NCBI GenBank assembly: GCA_963730445.1
Contig: CAVSRX010000004.1
Location: 73,539-137,538, forward strand
Source of the DNA: Vicinamibacterales bacterium
Lineage (GTDB): Bacteria > Acidobacteriota > Vicinamibacteria > Vicinamibacterales > JAMQPK01
Reading direction: 5' to 3'
DNA: 64,000 bases
Shown: positions 43,428 through 54,873 of the stretch, piece after piece
Position numbering within the stretch: position 1 is the first letter of the stretch
How the letters are laid out: every line of letters begins with the position of its first letter
Notes under the pieces: model-generated
Seen by the model: the letters and a program-made list of their open reading frames with translations, nothing else
Told to the model about the DNA's origin: nothing
Database searches by the model: none
Position numbers and translations under genes: made by a program

Positions 43428-44865
43428 CCAGATCGTTTTCCCCGTCTCGCTCCATCCGGAGGAGCGCGAAACCGCGGAAGAAGGTGCGGGCACGCCGAAC
43501 GTGGCGTGGGGCTGGCTGGAGATCTTCGTGCTCGTGCAGGTGCTCTGGGGTGTGCTGTTGTTCGTGCCCGGCTCGCAGACCTACCGCGTCTATATCCGTG
43601 GATTCCCGTATATCTCCAGCCTCATTGCGCTGTTCGCCTGTCTCCGCTCGAGCCGTGCCGACAGCGCGACACCCGGTGCGTCCTGGATTCTCGCATCGCT
43701 CGCATTGATGGTCGCCAGCCTCATTCATCCGTCGACGTGGTTCATGTCGGGGATTGCGCAGATCGTCTTCCAGTTGAGCATCGCGGCGCCGGTGTTCTGG
43801 ACCGCGTACAACTGGGTGACGGCCGAGCGTCTCGAGCGCGTCCTTCTGCTCGTGTTCGGCGCGAACTTCCTCGGCGCGCTGCTTGGGCTCCTGCAGGTCT
43901 ATTACCCGGAAACGTTCATGCCGCCGGAGTTCAGCCGCCTCGCGCTCCGACTGCAGGCCGAGCTCATCGGCTCGCTGACGTATATCGGCGCCGACGGCCG
44001 GGAGATTCTTCGCCCGCCCGGTCTGAGCGACATCCCCGGAGGCGCCGCCGTGTCCGCCACCATCACGGCGCTTCTCGGTTTCGCGTTCGCGACCCGCGCC
44101 GAGGGACGCACACAGCGGCGTGTGGGATTCCTGGCCGCGGCGCTCATTGGCCTCACGGTTGTCTACTTGACCCAGATCCGATCGATGCTCGTCATGGTGT
44201 GCGTGTGCATGATCGCGGCCGGCGTGGTTCGGCTCCGCCAGGGTCGCGTCGCACACACGATGTGGATCGCGGGGTCTGCCGGCGCCCTCGTCGTCGCCTC
44301 GTTTACATGGGCGGTGGCAGTTGGCGGCGATTCGGTCGTCGAGCGTTTCCAATCGATCCTCGACGTCGGCGTGGTCCAGAGCTATCAGGAAAATCGGGGG
44401 ATCTTCCTCAGCTACACGCTGCAGGAGCTGCTCTACGAATATCCATTCGGCGCGGGCATCGGACGATGGGGAATGATGACGAACTATTTCGGCGACCCGT
44501 CGAACTGGCAGTCTCCCTCGCTGTGGGCCGAAATCCAGCCGACCGGATGGCTCTACGACGGCGGGATCTTGTTGTGGATTTTCTACGGCAGCGCGATTGT
44601 GAGCGCCACCTATCACACTTACCGGATCGCCAGCGCCAGCCACACGCACCTGAGCGATCTCGCCACGATGGTGCTGTCCATTCAGGTGCTCGTGATCGGA
44701 CTGTGCTTCACCGGTCCGATTTTCAATACGCAGGTGGGCATCATCTTCTGGCTGCTCAGCGCCAGCGTGTATGGCGCCGAGCGCACCGCGATTCTCGCTG
44801 AACAACAGGCCCTCGAAGACACCGAGGCGGACAGCGAGGCCCACACCGTGCTCGCTGACGATTAA
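43402..44865 (+). CDS. Wzy polymerase / O-antigen ligase-like membrane protein
   Basis: ~12 TM helices, large loop ending in YPFGAGIG; inside GT operon. Confidence 0.7.
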   Translation: MRDQSLQPSQIVFPVSLHPEERETAEEGAGTPNVAWGWLEIFVLVQVLWGVLLFVPGSQTYRVYIRGFPYISSLIALFACLRSSRADSATPGASWILASLALMVASLIHPSTWFMSGIAQIVFQLSIAAPVFWTAYNWVTAERLERVLLLVFGANFLGALLGLLQVYYPETFMPPEFSRLALRLQAELIGSLTYIGADGREILRPPGLSDIPGGAAVSATITALLGFAFATRAEGRTQRRVGFLAAALIGLTVVYLTQIRSMLVMVCVCMIAAGVVRLRQGRVAHTMWIAGSAGALVVASFTWAVAVGGDSVVERFQSILDVGVVQSYQENRGIFLSYTLQELLYEYPFGAGIGRWGMMTNYFGDPSNWQSPSLWAEIQPTGWLYDGGILLWIFYGSAIVSATYHTYRIASASHTHLSDLATMVLSIQVLVIGLCFTGPIFNTQVGIIFWLLSASVYGAERTAILAEQQALEDTEADSEAHTVLADD

Positions 44866-44868
44866 TCG

Positions 44869-45960
44869 GTGATACCCACCTCGCGGCCACGAGTGCTGCA
44901 CATCGTGCCGGCGTTGTTCGGGGCGTCGGGCATCGTCGGCGGCGCCGAACGCTATGCGCTCGAGCTGGCACGGCACATGGCCGACCGCGTTCCCACACGC
45001 CTCCTCTCATTCGGATCGCAGGATGCGGAGATTCGCCAGGGTCACCTCGACGTGCGGGTGATGGGCGGTGCGTGGCACGTGCGCGGCCAGCGGACCAATC
45101 CATTCTCACTCGCGATCGTGCCGGAGATTCTGAAAGTCGACATCGTGCATTGCCACCAGCATCACATTCTGATGAGCAGCGCGGCCGCCGCAATAGGCCG
45201 GGTCACCGGCCGGCGCGTGTTTGCGACGGATCTGGGCGGCGGCGGCTGGGACGTCTCGGCGTATGTGTCGACCGATCGCTGGTTCGACGCGCATCTGCAC
45301 ATCAGCGAATACAGCCGGCACATTTCTCATCACGACGACAAACCGTGGGCTCGCGTGATTCTCGGAGGAGTCGACACCGTCAAGTTCAGCCCGGACGCTG
45401 CGGCAGCCAGGTCCACCAGGGCGTTGTTCGTCGGGCGCCTGCTACCGCACAAGGGCGTTGCGGATTTGATTGCGGCTCTGCCCGACGCGATCGCGCTCGA
45501 CATCGTCGGCCCGCTGAACACGACCGGCGCCGTCGAATCACTGAAAGAGCAGGCGGCGGGGAAGGCGGTCGCATTCCATCACGGTGTGGCCGATGCGGCG
45601 CTCGTGGAGATGTACCGGCGCGCGTTGTGCCTGGTGCTGCCGAGTGTCTATCGCACTCCGGACGGGCAACACACCGACGTGCCCGAACTGCTCGGGCAGA
45701 CGCTGCTCGAAGCGATGGCATGCGCGACGCCGGTGATTTGCACGCGTGTGGCGAGCATGCCCGAGATCGTCGAAGACGGTGTCAGCGGGTTCATCGTGGA
45801 ACCCGGTGATCATGCTGCGTTGCGATCGCGCCTCGAGTGGCTGGCCGCGAACCCGGTTGACGCCGTCGCGATGGGAGCGGCCGGGCGCGCGCGAGTGCTC
45901 GCGCGCTTTCAGTGGCCCGACGTCGTGGAGCGTTGCCTCGACGCATATCGGACAGCATGA
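44869..45960 (+). CDS. Glycosyltransferase family 4
   Basis: GGAER, GRLLPHKG, ELLGQTLLEAMAC. Confidence 0.92.
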   Translation: MIPTSRPRVLHIVPALFGASGIVGGAERYALELARHMADRVPTRLLSFGSQDAEIRQGHLDVRVMGGAWHVRGQRTNPFSLAIVPEILKVDIVHCHQHHILMSSAAAAIGRVTGRRVFATDLGGGGWDVSAYVSTDRWFDAHLHISEYSRHISHHDDKPWARVILGGVDTVKFSPDAAAARSTRALFVGRLLPHKGVADLIAALPDAIALDIVGPLNTTGAVESLKEQAAGKAVAFHHGVADAALVEMYRRALCLVLPSVYRTPDGQHTDVPELLGQTLLEAMACATPVICTRVASMPEIVEDGVSGFIVEPGDHAALRSRLEWLAANPVDAVAMGAAGRARVLARFQWPDVVERCLDAYRTA

Positions 45961-47081
45961 TTCATTTCCTGACGCCGGAATATCCGCCGCGGCACGGCGG
46001 CGTCGCTGACTACACGCACCAGATAGCAACTGAACTCTCGCGCGGCGGCGAGACGGTTCATGTGTGGGGACCGGCCGGCAGCACGGCACAGCCGGGCGGC
46101 GCGATTGTCGTGCATCCAGACCTCGGCAGTTTTCGTGCTGCCGATCTCAGGCGCATGAGTGCCTTGCTCGATGCCTACGCCTCTCCGAGACGATTGGTGG
46201 TGCAGTGGGTGCCGCATGGATACGGACAGCGCGCGATGAATTTGCGATTCTGCCTGTGGTTGTGGCAGAGGTCGGTCGCCGGCGATTCGATTGAGCTCGT
46301 CGTGCACGAGCCGTTCGTGACCTTCAGCGGCGGCCTGCGCCAATGTGTCGTTGCCGCGGTGCAGCGCGCCATGACGCTGGTGCTGATGAGCGCGGCGCGC
46401 CGCGTATGGGTGACGACGCGCGCGTGGACGCCGCTGCTCGAGCCGTATCTGGCCGGACGCGGTGTCACGATTCAGTGGCTGCCGGTGCCCAGCAGCCTTC
46501 AATCCGCGAACCCAGTGGCTGTGGACGCAGTGAGATCGCGATACGCACCTGGCAAAGGCGCGTTGGTCGGACACTTCGGCACGCACGGCCCATTGGTGAC
46601 GTCACTCGTCGACGAGGTGATCGCCGCTGTCGCCGACGCGCAGCCATCCGTGCATTTCCTGTTGATCGGTTCGGGCAGCGAAGCGTTCCGGTCGGCGCTC
46701 GTCGCGCGCGACCGAAGCCTTGCCGATCGTGTCAGCGCCTCAGGTACATTGAGCGGGAGCGATCTATCCGCGCACGTCGAGGCGTGTGATGTGCTGCTGC
46801 AGCCCTATCCCGACGGTGTGACGTCGCGGCGGACGACCGCGATGGCGGGGCTCTTCGCGCGCGTGCCTGTCGTCACGACGCAGGGGACCTTGACCGAGCG
46901 ATTCTGGCAGGACGAAGCGCCGGTGAAGCTCGCAGCGGTCGGCGACGTGCCCGCGATCGTTCAACACGTCCTTCAGTTACTCGCGGATCCCGCGGAGCGG
47001 CGGCGTCAAGCGGACGCTGGGCGGGCCTTCTACGATCGATGGTTCGACGTGCGGCATACGGTTGCCGCACTCGCTACGTGA
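45957..47081 (+). CDS. Glycosyltransferase family 4-like
   Basis: EYPP..GGVADY, QPYPDGVTSRRTT, PVVTT. Confidence 0.85.
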   Translation: MIHFLTPEYPPRHGGVADYTHQIATELSRGGETVHVWGPAGSTAQPGGAIVVHPDLGSFRAADLRRMSALLDAYASPRRLVVQWVPHGYGQRAMNLRFCLWLWQRSVAGDSIELVVHEPFVTFSGGLRQCVVAAVQRAMTLVLMSAARRVWVTTRAWTPLLEPYLAGRGVTIQWLPVPSSLQSANPVAVDAVRSRYAPGKGALVGHFGTHGPLVTSLVDEVIAAVADAQPSVHFLLIGSGSEAFRSALVARDRSLADRVSASGTLSGSDLSAHVEACDVLLQPYPDGVTSRRTTAMAGLFARVPVVTTQGTLTERFWQDEAPVKLAAVGDVPAIVQHVLQLLADPAERRRQADAGRAFYDRWFDVRHTVAALAT

Positions 47082-47891
47082 TGAGCGTCAAAACCGCCGT
47101 CAAGGGTCTTGCGCATTCGGTGGCGCCGAGATTTGCCGTAGCGGTGCAGGCGTCACGCGCGCGCCGCCGATCTCACCGGCTGTTGAAGGAATGGGGCCTG
47201 TGGCATCTGAACCAGCGACTGGTCACCGAGATGGGATGCCGAGTGCTCGATGGACCCTTTGCGGGAATGACGTTGTCCGCCCTTACCCGCGCAGAGCACA
47301 TTGGCCCCTATCTGCTCGGTACCGTACGAAGCGGAGCTGCACGACACGTGGAACCTGTTGCTGCAGCGCGACTACAGTGAGTTCATCGACGTCGGCGCGA
47401 ATTTCGGTTACTACGCCGTTGGTCTCGCGCGCCGCTTTCCGAAAAAGAAGGTCGTGGCGTTCGACGTCGACTGGTGGGCGCGGAAAGCCGTCGCCGAGAT
47501 GTCCGCAGCCAATGGCACGACGAACCTCTCGATCGAATCGTGGTGCGATCCGTCCTGGCTCGCGCGCCATCTGCTACACAATTCACTGATCATGAGCGAT
47601 TGCGAGGGGTACGAGGGGGCCTTGTTCTGCGAGCAGTGGGTGCCCGCATTCGCGAGCTGCACGTTCGTGATCGAGCTGCACGAGGCGTTCGTGCCTGGCG
47701 TCACCGCGCGATGCCGAGCGATGTTCGCCGATACCCACGCCGCGCAGATCGTGGACACGCGCGGCACGATGCCGCAGAACGCGCGCCCGCCGTCATTCAC
47801 AGACGATGAGATGCGACGCGTATCGACGGAGCCGCGCGGACCTCAGCAGTGGCTCGTGCTTACGCCGCTGGCGCCGGCGGTCCCCAAATAA
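47081..47891 (+). CDS. FkbM-like methyltransferase, frameshift near 47322
   Basis: GPFAGM, LLGTYE, IDVGANFGYY, DCEGYE, IELH. Confidence 0.8.
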
Positions 47892-49084
47892 ATGCGCGTC
47901 GCTGTGGCATCGTGGACGGCCCGATATGCCGGAGGCATAGAGTCGTACGTGAGCGCGGTCATGCCCGCGCTGCGCGATGCGGGTCTTGATGTGTCGTTCT
48001 TCCACGAAGCCGACGAGCCGAAAGGGCGTCAGCTGATCGACCCGGGCGGCGGCTCCGTCTTCAACGTCGCGTTGGAGGGCGCCGATGCCGCACTCGATGC
48101 GTTGGCGAAGTGGAAGCCCGACCTTGTGTACGCCCACGGTCTGCACAGTGTGGACACCGCGACTCGACTGCTCGCGCTCGCGCCGTCGGTCACGTTCGTG
48201 CACACGTACGTCGGCACGTGTATCAGCGGCACAAAGACCCACCTGCGCCCGCACCCCATCGCCTGCTCGCGCAAGTTCGGTCCCGCGTGCCTTGCGCTCT
48301 ACTTTCCTCGGCAGTGCGGCGGGAACAGTCCTCTTACGATGCTGAAGTTGTACGGGTGCAGCGGCAGCGCCATGCCGTGCTGAGCAGGCAGGATGCCGTC
48401 GTGACACACAGCGAGCACATGAAGAACGAGCTGCGCGCGCACGGCATCGCCGCCACCGTGATCTCGTATCCGATCTCCATGTCGGCGTCAGACACCTCCG
48501 GTCCGGTGACGCCCACGCACGATCTCCTCTTCGCCGGCCGCATGGACACACTGAAGGGCGGGATGCTGTTGCTCGACGCGCTGCCGCGCATCGCCGCGGC
48601 GCTCGATCGTCCCCTGCATGTATTGCTGTCGGGTGACGGCCCCGAGCGCGCGCGTTGGGAAGGAAGGGCGAAGCGTATTCAAGCGAGGCATCCGCAGATA
48701 TCCATCGATTTTCCTGGATGGTCGGGTGAGTCGGCTCTCAGCGCGCAGATGCAGGGATCGCGGCTGCTCGTCGTGCCCAGCGTGTGGCCGGAGCCGTTCG
48801 GCTCGGTCGGTATGGCAGCGGCAAGGTATGGCGTGCCCGCAGCCGCCTTCGCCGTGGGCGGCATTCCGCAATGGCTGCATGACGGCGTCAACGGCCACCT
48901 CGCGTCAGCGACACCTCCGAATTCCGCGAGTCTCGCCGACGCGGTGATTCGCTGTTTGAGCAATCCCGATCATTATGCGGACCTCTCGCGCGGTGCTCGC
49001 CAGGCAGCGTCGCAGTCGACGATGGCACGTCATGTTCCCGAGCTCATCAGCGTGTTCGAGCGTGTGGTGCATGGACGATCCTAA
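47892..49084 (+). CDS. Glycosyltransferase family 4, frameshift near 48355
   Basis: GGIESY, GRMDTLKG, PSVWPEPFG. Confidence 0.88.
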
Positions 49085-50028
49085 GCCGCTCGTGTCGGTC
49101 ATTCTGACGGTCTATGACCGCCTGACGTTTTTCGGCGAGGCGCTCAAGAGTGTCGAGGCCCAGTCGTTCCAGGATTACGAGATGGTGGTCGCCGACGATT
49201 CCGGAACGGAGCTGGCGCGCGCGGCGAGCCTCGCCTCGAACAATCCACGTGTTCGCTACGAGGCGAACCCATCGCCGGTCGGCGTGGCATTGAGCATTCG
49301 CGCGGCATTGGGAAGGGCGCGAGGCAAGTACATCGCCATCCTGAACGACGACGATGTGTGGGAGCCAGGCTTCCTCGCGCGGCTGGTGCCGCCGCTCGAA
49401 GCGGACGCGAACCGAGTGCTCGCGTTCTGCGATCACGCGATCATGAACGCCGACGGACAGATAGACGAGGCTGCGACCGATCGCAACACCAGCCGGTTCG
49501 GGCGATCGGGCCTTCGCGAGGGGGACATCGCAGATCCGAAGGCGTTCGTCCTCGGCCACAACGGCGTGCCGCTTGCGATGGGAGCGCATGTTTCGAGCGG
49601 CAGCATTTCCTCAGGAACGCCTCGTGCCGGACGTGGCCGGGGCGTATGACTTCTGGATCTCATCTCTGCTGGCGGCATCGGGCGGCGCGTTTTACTACGT
49701 GCCGGAGCGCCTGACACGCTATCGCGTGCATGCGGGGATGGAAACGGTGAGGCGCGACCCCGAAAAAACGCGGTGTCTCGCGTTCATTGCGCAATCGTTG
49801 CTCGCCGAGCCCGCATTCGCCGATCACCGCGCGCATCTGAAACGATGGCTGGGATCCATCACCGCGCGAGCCGGCCGCGACTACTTGTATTTCGATCGCG
49901 TGGCCGAGGCGCGCCGATCGTTCATCAGCGCCTTCAAGGTCTCGGCGGGGTGGAAACCTCTCGTGGGGTATCTGGCGACGATGACGCCCGCACGGCTGCG
50001 GCGGGCCACAGGAGTGACGGGCCGGTGA
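49071..50028 (+). CDS. Glycosyltransferase family 2, frameshift near 49590
   Basis: PLVSVIL, VVADDS, ARGKYIAILNDDD, YDFW, YRVH. Confidence 0.9.
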
Positions 50029-51180
50029 AGGTCCTGTACTTCTGCGAGGGCTACACGGATATCCGATTCGTCGTCGGGCTTTCCGAGATGTGCGATCTCA
50101 CGATGGCGATTCCCGAGCGGCAGCTTCACGAGAGCGGCCTGGCCGGCCGGCTCGCCGAACGCGGCGCACGCGTGCACGTCGATGCGATCAAAGGCGGCCG
50201 GCTTGCATTCCAGTGGCGATCGATCGCGTATCTCGTCGCCAAGCTTCGGTCGTTCGACGTGGTGCTGTCGCAGGAAATGGGACGCGGATCGCTGAATGCG
50301 ACCACTCTCGGCAAGGCGTTGCGCGTGCCGGTCGTCTGCTATCTGGGAACGTCGCCCGTGGAGTACTTTCATTGCCGTCGTGTGAGAGGGCAGGTTGGCA
50401 TGCTCGCGCGGCTGGGCGTCGGAGACCTTTCTCGCGAGCGCGATGAGGGTGACAGGCGCGTTGTCGTCGGCGGTAGTGACGACTGGACCGTATCTCAGGG
50501 ACATGGCGATGCGTCTTGCGCCGCGCGTGTTCGAGGGTTATTACTGCGGCATCGACACGAGCCTCTTCACGCCGGTGACACCTGACGAGCGCGCGTCGCT
50601 TCGCGAGCGCCTGCAGTTTCCGCCGGGGAAGTTCGTGATTCTGTTTCCGAGCCGCATCAGCCATGAAAAAGATCCCGAAACGGTGCTGAAAGCGACGGCG
50701 TTGGCACGCGAGCGCGGACTCGACGCGGTGGTGATGAATCTCGGCGGCGGGTTTCAGGATTTTCTCGCGTGCGCCCGCACGCTCGGTTTGCCGGAGTGCG
50801 ACAAGTGGGTCATCGGCCGGCCCGCCGTGCATCCGATGAAGGACCTCTGCGAGTACATGCAGGCGGCGGACGTTGTCGTGCAGGCCTCGCTCGCCGAAGG
50901 CGGCGGCATGTCGCCGCTCGAGGCGCTGGCGTGCGGTACACCCGTCGTCGCGACGCGGGTGGGAGGGATGGCGTTGACGCTTCCCGGCATTGCGCAGCTC
51001 ACACCGCCTGGTGATGCTGTGGCGATGGCCGACGCCTTCCAGTGGGTGAAGCACAACACCGATGCGGCTCGCCAGCAGGCGCTCATCGGCCGCGAGTACG
51101 TCGAGGCGACTTGGTCGCGCGGCCGGGCGTTCGCGGCGATCGCCGGCGCATTGAAGGAGACGAGTGGCCGATCTGCGTGA
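50025..51180 (+). CDS. Glycosyltransferase family 4, frameshift near 50412
   Basis: SRISHEK, EGGGMSPLEALACGTPVV. Confidence 0.88.
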
Positions 51181-51950
51181 CGCCGTCAGCGGCGGGCACT
51201 ACGCCCAGAAGCAAATCCTTTCGCGCGACAAGCTCGTCGCGTGGAGTCACGCGCGCAGGTTCGCGACGGCGCTGACGATTGCGCGCGAATTTGCCGGCAA
51301 GCGCATTCTCGATTTTGGCAGCGGCGACGGCACATTCCTCGCGCTCGCGATGATGGCCGACTCGCCGCCCGCGGCCGCCGTCGGCGCCGAGCTGCTCGAC
51401 GATGTGATCGAGGACTGCAGGGCGCGATACCGCGCCGAGCCGCGCATGAGCTTCGTGCAGGTCGCGTCGCTCGACGGTCCCGAGCACGCGAAGCGATACG
51501 ACGCCGTCTTCTGTATGGAAGTGCTCGAGCACGTGTTCGACTGGGAGCCCGAGCTCGCGCGAATGGCGCGGCTGCTCACGCCGGGCGGCACGCTCGTCGT
51601 CAGCGTGCCGGTCGAGACCGGATTGCCGGTGCTCGTCAAGCAGATCGTTCGCACGGTCGCCGGCTGGCGGAAGATCGGTCACTATCCAGGCACGACGGCA
51701 TACACGTGGAGCGAGCTCGCAGCGGCCGTGTTCGCCGGATCCACGCAGCATGTGACAGCGGCCGGTCTTCGATTTCGGCAGCGGGCCGTGCCACGATCAC
51801 AAAGGCTTCAACTGGCGAGTCCTCCACGAGCGCCTGAGCCGGCAGTTCGATGTGACGCGTGTCGTCGCAAGCCCCTTCTCGTGGCTTGGTCCCGGTCTCG
51901 CCACGCAGGTGTGGTTTATCTGTCGCCTTCGCGAGGTACCCCCGCAGTGA
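51164..51950 (+). CDS. Class I SAM-dependent methyltransferase, frameshift near 51757
   Basis: ILDFGSGDG, MEVLEH, PGGTLVVSVP; corrected tail HKGFNW...QVWFICRL. Confidence 0.87.
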
Positions 51951-53112
51951 AGCCTGTGCGCGTCGGGGTCGTCTGCGACATGCGTGAAGAAGGCTGGCAC
52001 AGCATGGATCTCGTTGCCGACATGCTGCTCGAGCTGTTGCCGTCGGTCGCCGGCGGCGACGTCGTCGCGACGCGGCTGCGTCCGCCGATGATTCGGCGAT
52101 GGACCCGGCTGCCGATTGTGGGCGCCGGCGGCCGCGCGCAGCTGGGCGACAGGCTGACGGGGCGGCTCTGGGATTATCCGCGCTGGCTTCGCCCGCAGGG
52201 CGCGGGACTTCGACGTCTTTCACATCGTCGATCACAGCTACGCGCATCTCATACGCGCGCTGCCGGCCGAGCGCACTATCGTGACGTGCAACGACACCGA
52301 TGCGTTCGAGGCCGCGCGTGAAGGCGCTCGCGTCGCGGCTCGATCCCGTGCGGCTTCTCGCCGCGCACGTGCTCGACGGAATCTCGCGCGCCTCGCACGT
52401 GGCGTGCATCAGCGAAGCGACGCGACAGGATCTGATTGCAACAGGCCGCGTCGATCCCTCACGCACGAGCGTCGTCTATCTTGGCGCGCATCCCACGTGC
52501 ACGCCGGCGCCCGATGCGAAGGCCGACGCCGAGATCGATCGGCAACTGGGTGCTCGCGGCTTCGACGTGCTGCACGTGTCGAGCACCATTCCGCGCAAGC
52601 GCATCGATGTGCTGCTCGAGATGTTCAGCGGGTTTCGCCGCCTTCGCCCCGATGCCAGGCTTGTGCGCGTCGGAGGCGCATTCACGCGCGAACAGCAGCG
52701 GCTCGCTGAGCGCCTGAATGTGCTCGACGCGCTCGTGCAGCTTCCATTTCTCGAGCGGCCGCAGCTCGCCGCGCTCTACCGCCGTGCCTCCGTCGTCGTG
52801 CTGCCGTCCGATCGCGAAGGATTTGGATTGCCGGTCGTCGAAGCGATGGCGTGCGGCACGCCCGTGATTGCGAGCGACATTCCGGCGCTGCGCGAAGTGG
52901 GCGGTACCGCCGCGCTCTACGCTCCGCCCGGCGATGTGCGCCGCTGGGTCGATGCACTCACGCAATTGGAAATCGAGCAGAGAGATCCTGCGGCTCGCGA
53001 GCGCCGCCGCGCGGCGTGTCTCAGCGCGGCCGGGAAGTTCGACTGGCGCCGGTATGCCGCGCAGATGGCTGCGCTGTATCTGCAGCCTCTCGCGCGGGAG
53101 CGCGCATCGTGA
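51947..53112 (+). CDS. Glycosyltransferase family 4, frameshifts near 52200 and 52320
   Basis: EEGWHSMD, HIVDHSYAH, PRKRID, EGFGLPVVEAMACG. Confidence 0.88.
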
Positions 53113-54246
53113 AAGTGCTTCACCTCGGGAAGTTTTATCCGCCGGCGAAAGGGGGCATGGAGACCATCCTCGCGCTCATCTGCGAGCGCACGGCGCAGCA
53201 CGTCAAGAATCGCGTGCTCGTCGCCAATACGAGTTCGTCGACTGTCGAAGAACGCCATGGATCGATTGAAGTGACTCCGCGTCGCCGCGCTGGCGCGCAT
53301 CGGCGCGGTCGCGGTCTGTCCAAGGATGCCCTTCGATCTCGCGCGCGAAGAGGCCGACATCATCGTGTTGCACGAGCCCAATCCGATGGCGCTCCTCGCG
53401 TATTTCCTGGCGCGCCCCAGGGGGCGTCTCATCGTCTGGTATCACAGCGACGTGATTCGGCCGAGCTGGCGCTACCGGCTGTTCTATCGCCCGTTCCTTC
53501 GCTTCGCGCTCTCGCGCGCGGTGCGCATCGTCGTGTCGTCGCCGGCGCTTGGGGCCTCCGCTCCAGAGCTGCAGGACTTTCAGGCCAAGTGCAGTGTCAT
53601 CCCCTTCGGCGTCGAGGCGCGGAGTCCCGATGCGCTGGGCGCGATCGTGCAGCGCGCCGGCGAGATTCGGCGCGACGCCGGTCAGTCGATCGTGTTGTTC
53701 GTCGGCCGCCTGGTCGCTTACAAAGGCGTCGGCGTGCTGCTCGAGGCGTTGAAGGGTCTGAATGCGGTTGCGCTGATCGTCGGCGAGGGACCGCTGCGCG
53801 GCCGGCTCGAAGAGCAGGCGCGCGAGCTCGACGTCTCTGCGCACGTGCGCTTTCTCGGTTCCGTCGACGATGATGAGCTCGCGGCGCTGTATCGGGCGTG
53901 CCATGTCTTCGTGCTGCCGTCGGTGACACGGCAGGAAGCATTCGGCGTGGTGCAACTCGAGGCGATGGCTGCGGGCAGACCTGTGGTGAGCACCGATCTC
54001 GGCACCGGCGTCGGGTGGGTGAATCGAGACGGCGAGACAGGGTACGTCGTTCCGCCGCGCGACCCGCGCGCGCTTCGCGAGGCGCTCGCGCGTCTGCTGG
54101 CCGACGCAAACCTGCAGAAGTCGATGGGGGACGCGGCAGCGAAACGGATCCGCGCGGAATTTACGCTCGAACGCATGATCGACGACACGCTCTCGCTGTA
54201 CCGCGAAGTGGTTGCGACCGTACGCCATGGCAAAACGGCTGCTTGA
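53109..54246 (+). CDS. Glycosyltransferase family 4, frameshift near 53275
   Basis: KFYPPAKGGME, HEPNP, GRLVAYKG, EAFGVVQLEAMAAG. Confidence 0.9.
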
Positions 54247-54832
54247 TATGGCGCTGTCCGGCGGCGGGCTGATCGTGTCGGCGCCGCTCTGGGCCGTCAT
54301 CGCCGCGTTGATCAAAATCGAGGACGGCGGCCCGGTGTTTTTCTCCCAGGAGCGCGTCGGGCGCGGCGGCCGCTCCTTCGAGGCACTGAAGTTCCGATCG
54401 ATGGTCGTCGATGCCGAAGCCGGCACGGGCCCGATTCAATCCGGGGAGAACGATGCGCGTATCACCCGGATCGGACGCCTGCTGCGCGCCACCGCGATGG
54501 ACGAACTGCCGCAGTTGTGGAACATCTTCCGCGGCGATATGAGCTTTGTGGGACCGCGCGCGCTTCGGCCGGGCGAGATCGAAGTGAACGGCAGCGGGGT
54601 CGTGGAGAAGCTCGAAGAGGTTCCCGGGTTCGGCGACCGCTGCAGCGTGCGCCCCGGGCTGACCGGCGTGGCCCAAATCTACGCCCCGCGCGATGTCGTC
54701 CGGCGCCGCAAGTTTCGTTACGACCGTTTCTACATCAGGCGGCAGTCGTTCTGCTTCGATGCGCGGCTCATTCTCCTGTCGTTCTGGATTACGTTCCGCG
54801 GGCGCTGGGAGGCCCGCGGCCGCAAGTTGTAA
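54227..54832 (+). CDS. Priming sugar-phosphate transferase (Bac_transf, small monotopic PGT)
   Basis: KRLLD, FSQERVG, KFRSM, DELPQLWNI, MSFVGPR, PGLTGVAQ. Confidence 0.93.
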   Translation: MAKRLLDMALSGGGLIVSAPLWAVIAALIKIEDGGPVFFSQERVGRGGRSFEALKFRSMVVDAEAGTGPIQSGENDARITRIGRLLRATAMDELPQLWNIFRGDMSFVGPRALRPGEIEVNGSGVVEKLEEVPGFGDRCSVRPGLTGVAQIYAPRDVVRRRKFRYDRFYIRRQSFCFDARLILLSFWITFRGRWEARGRKL

Positions 54833-54873
54833 GGGCCGAAGCTCGTCAGCATAGGCGAGCGAAGGCGGGTAGA

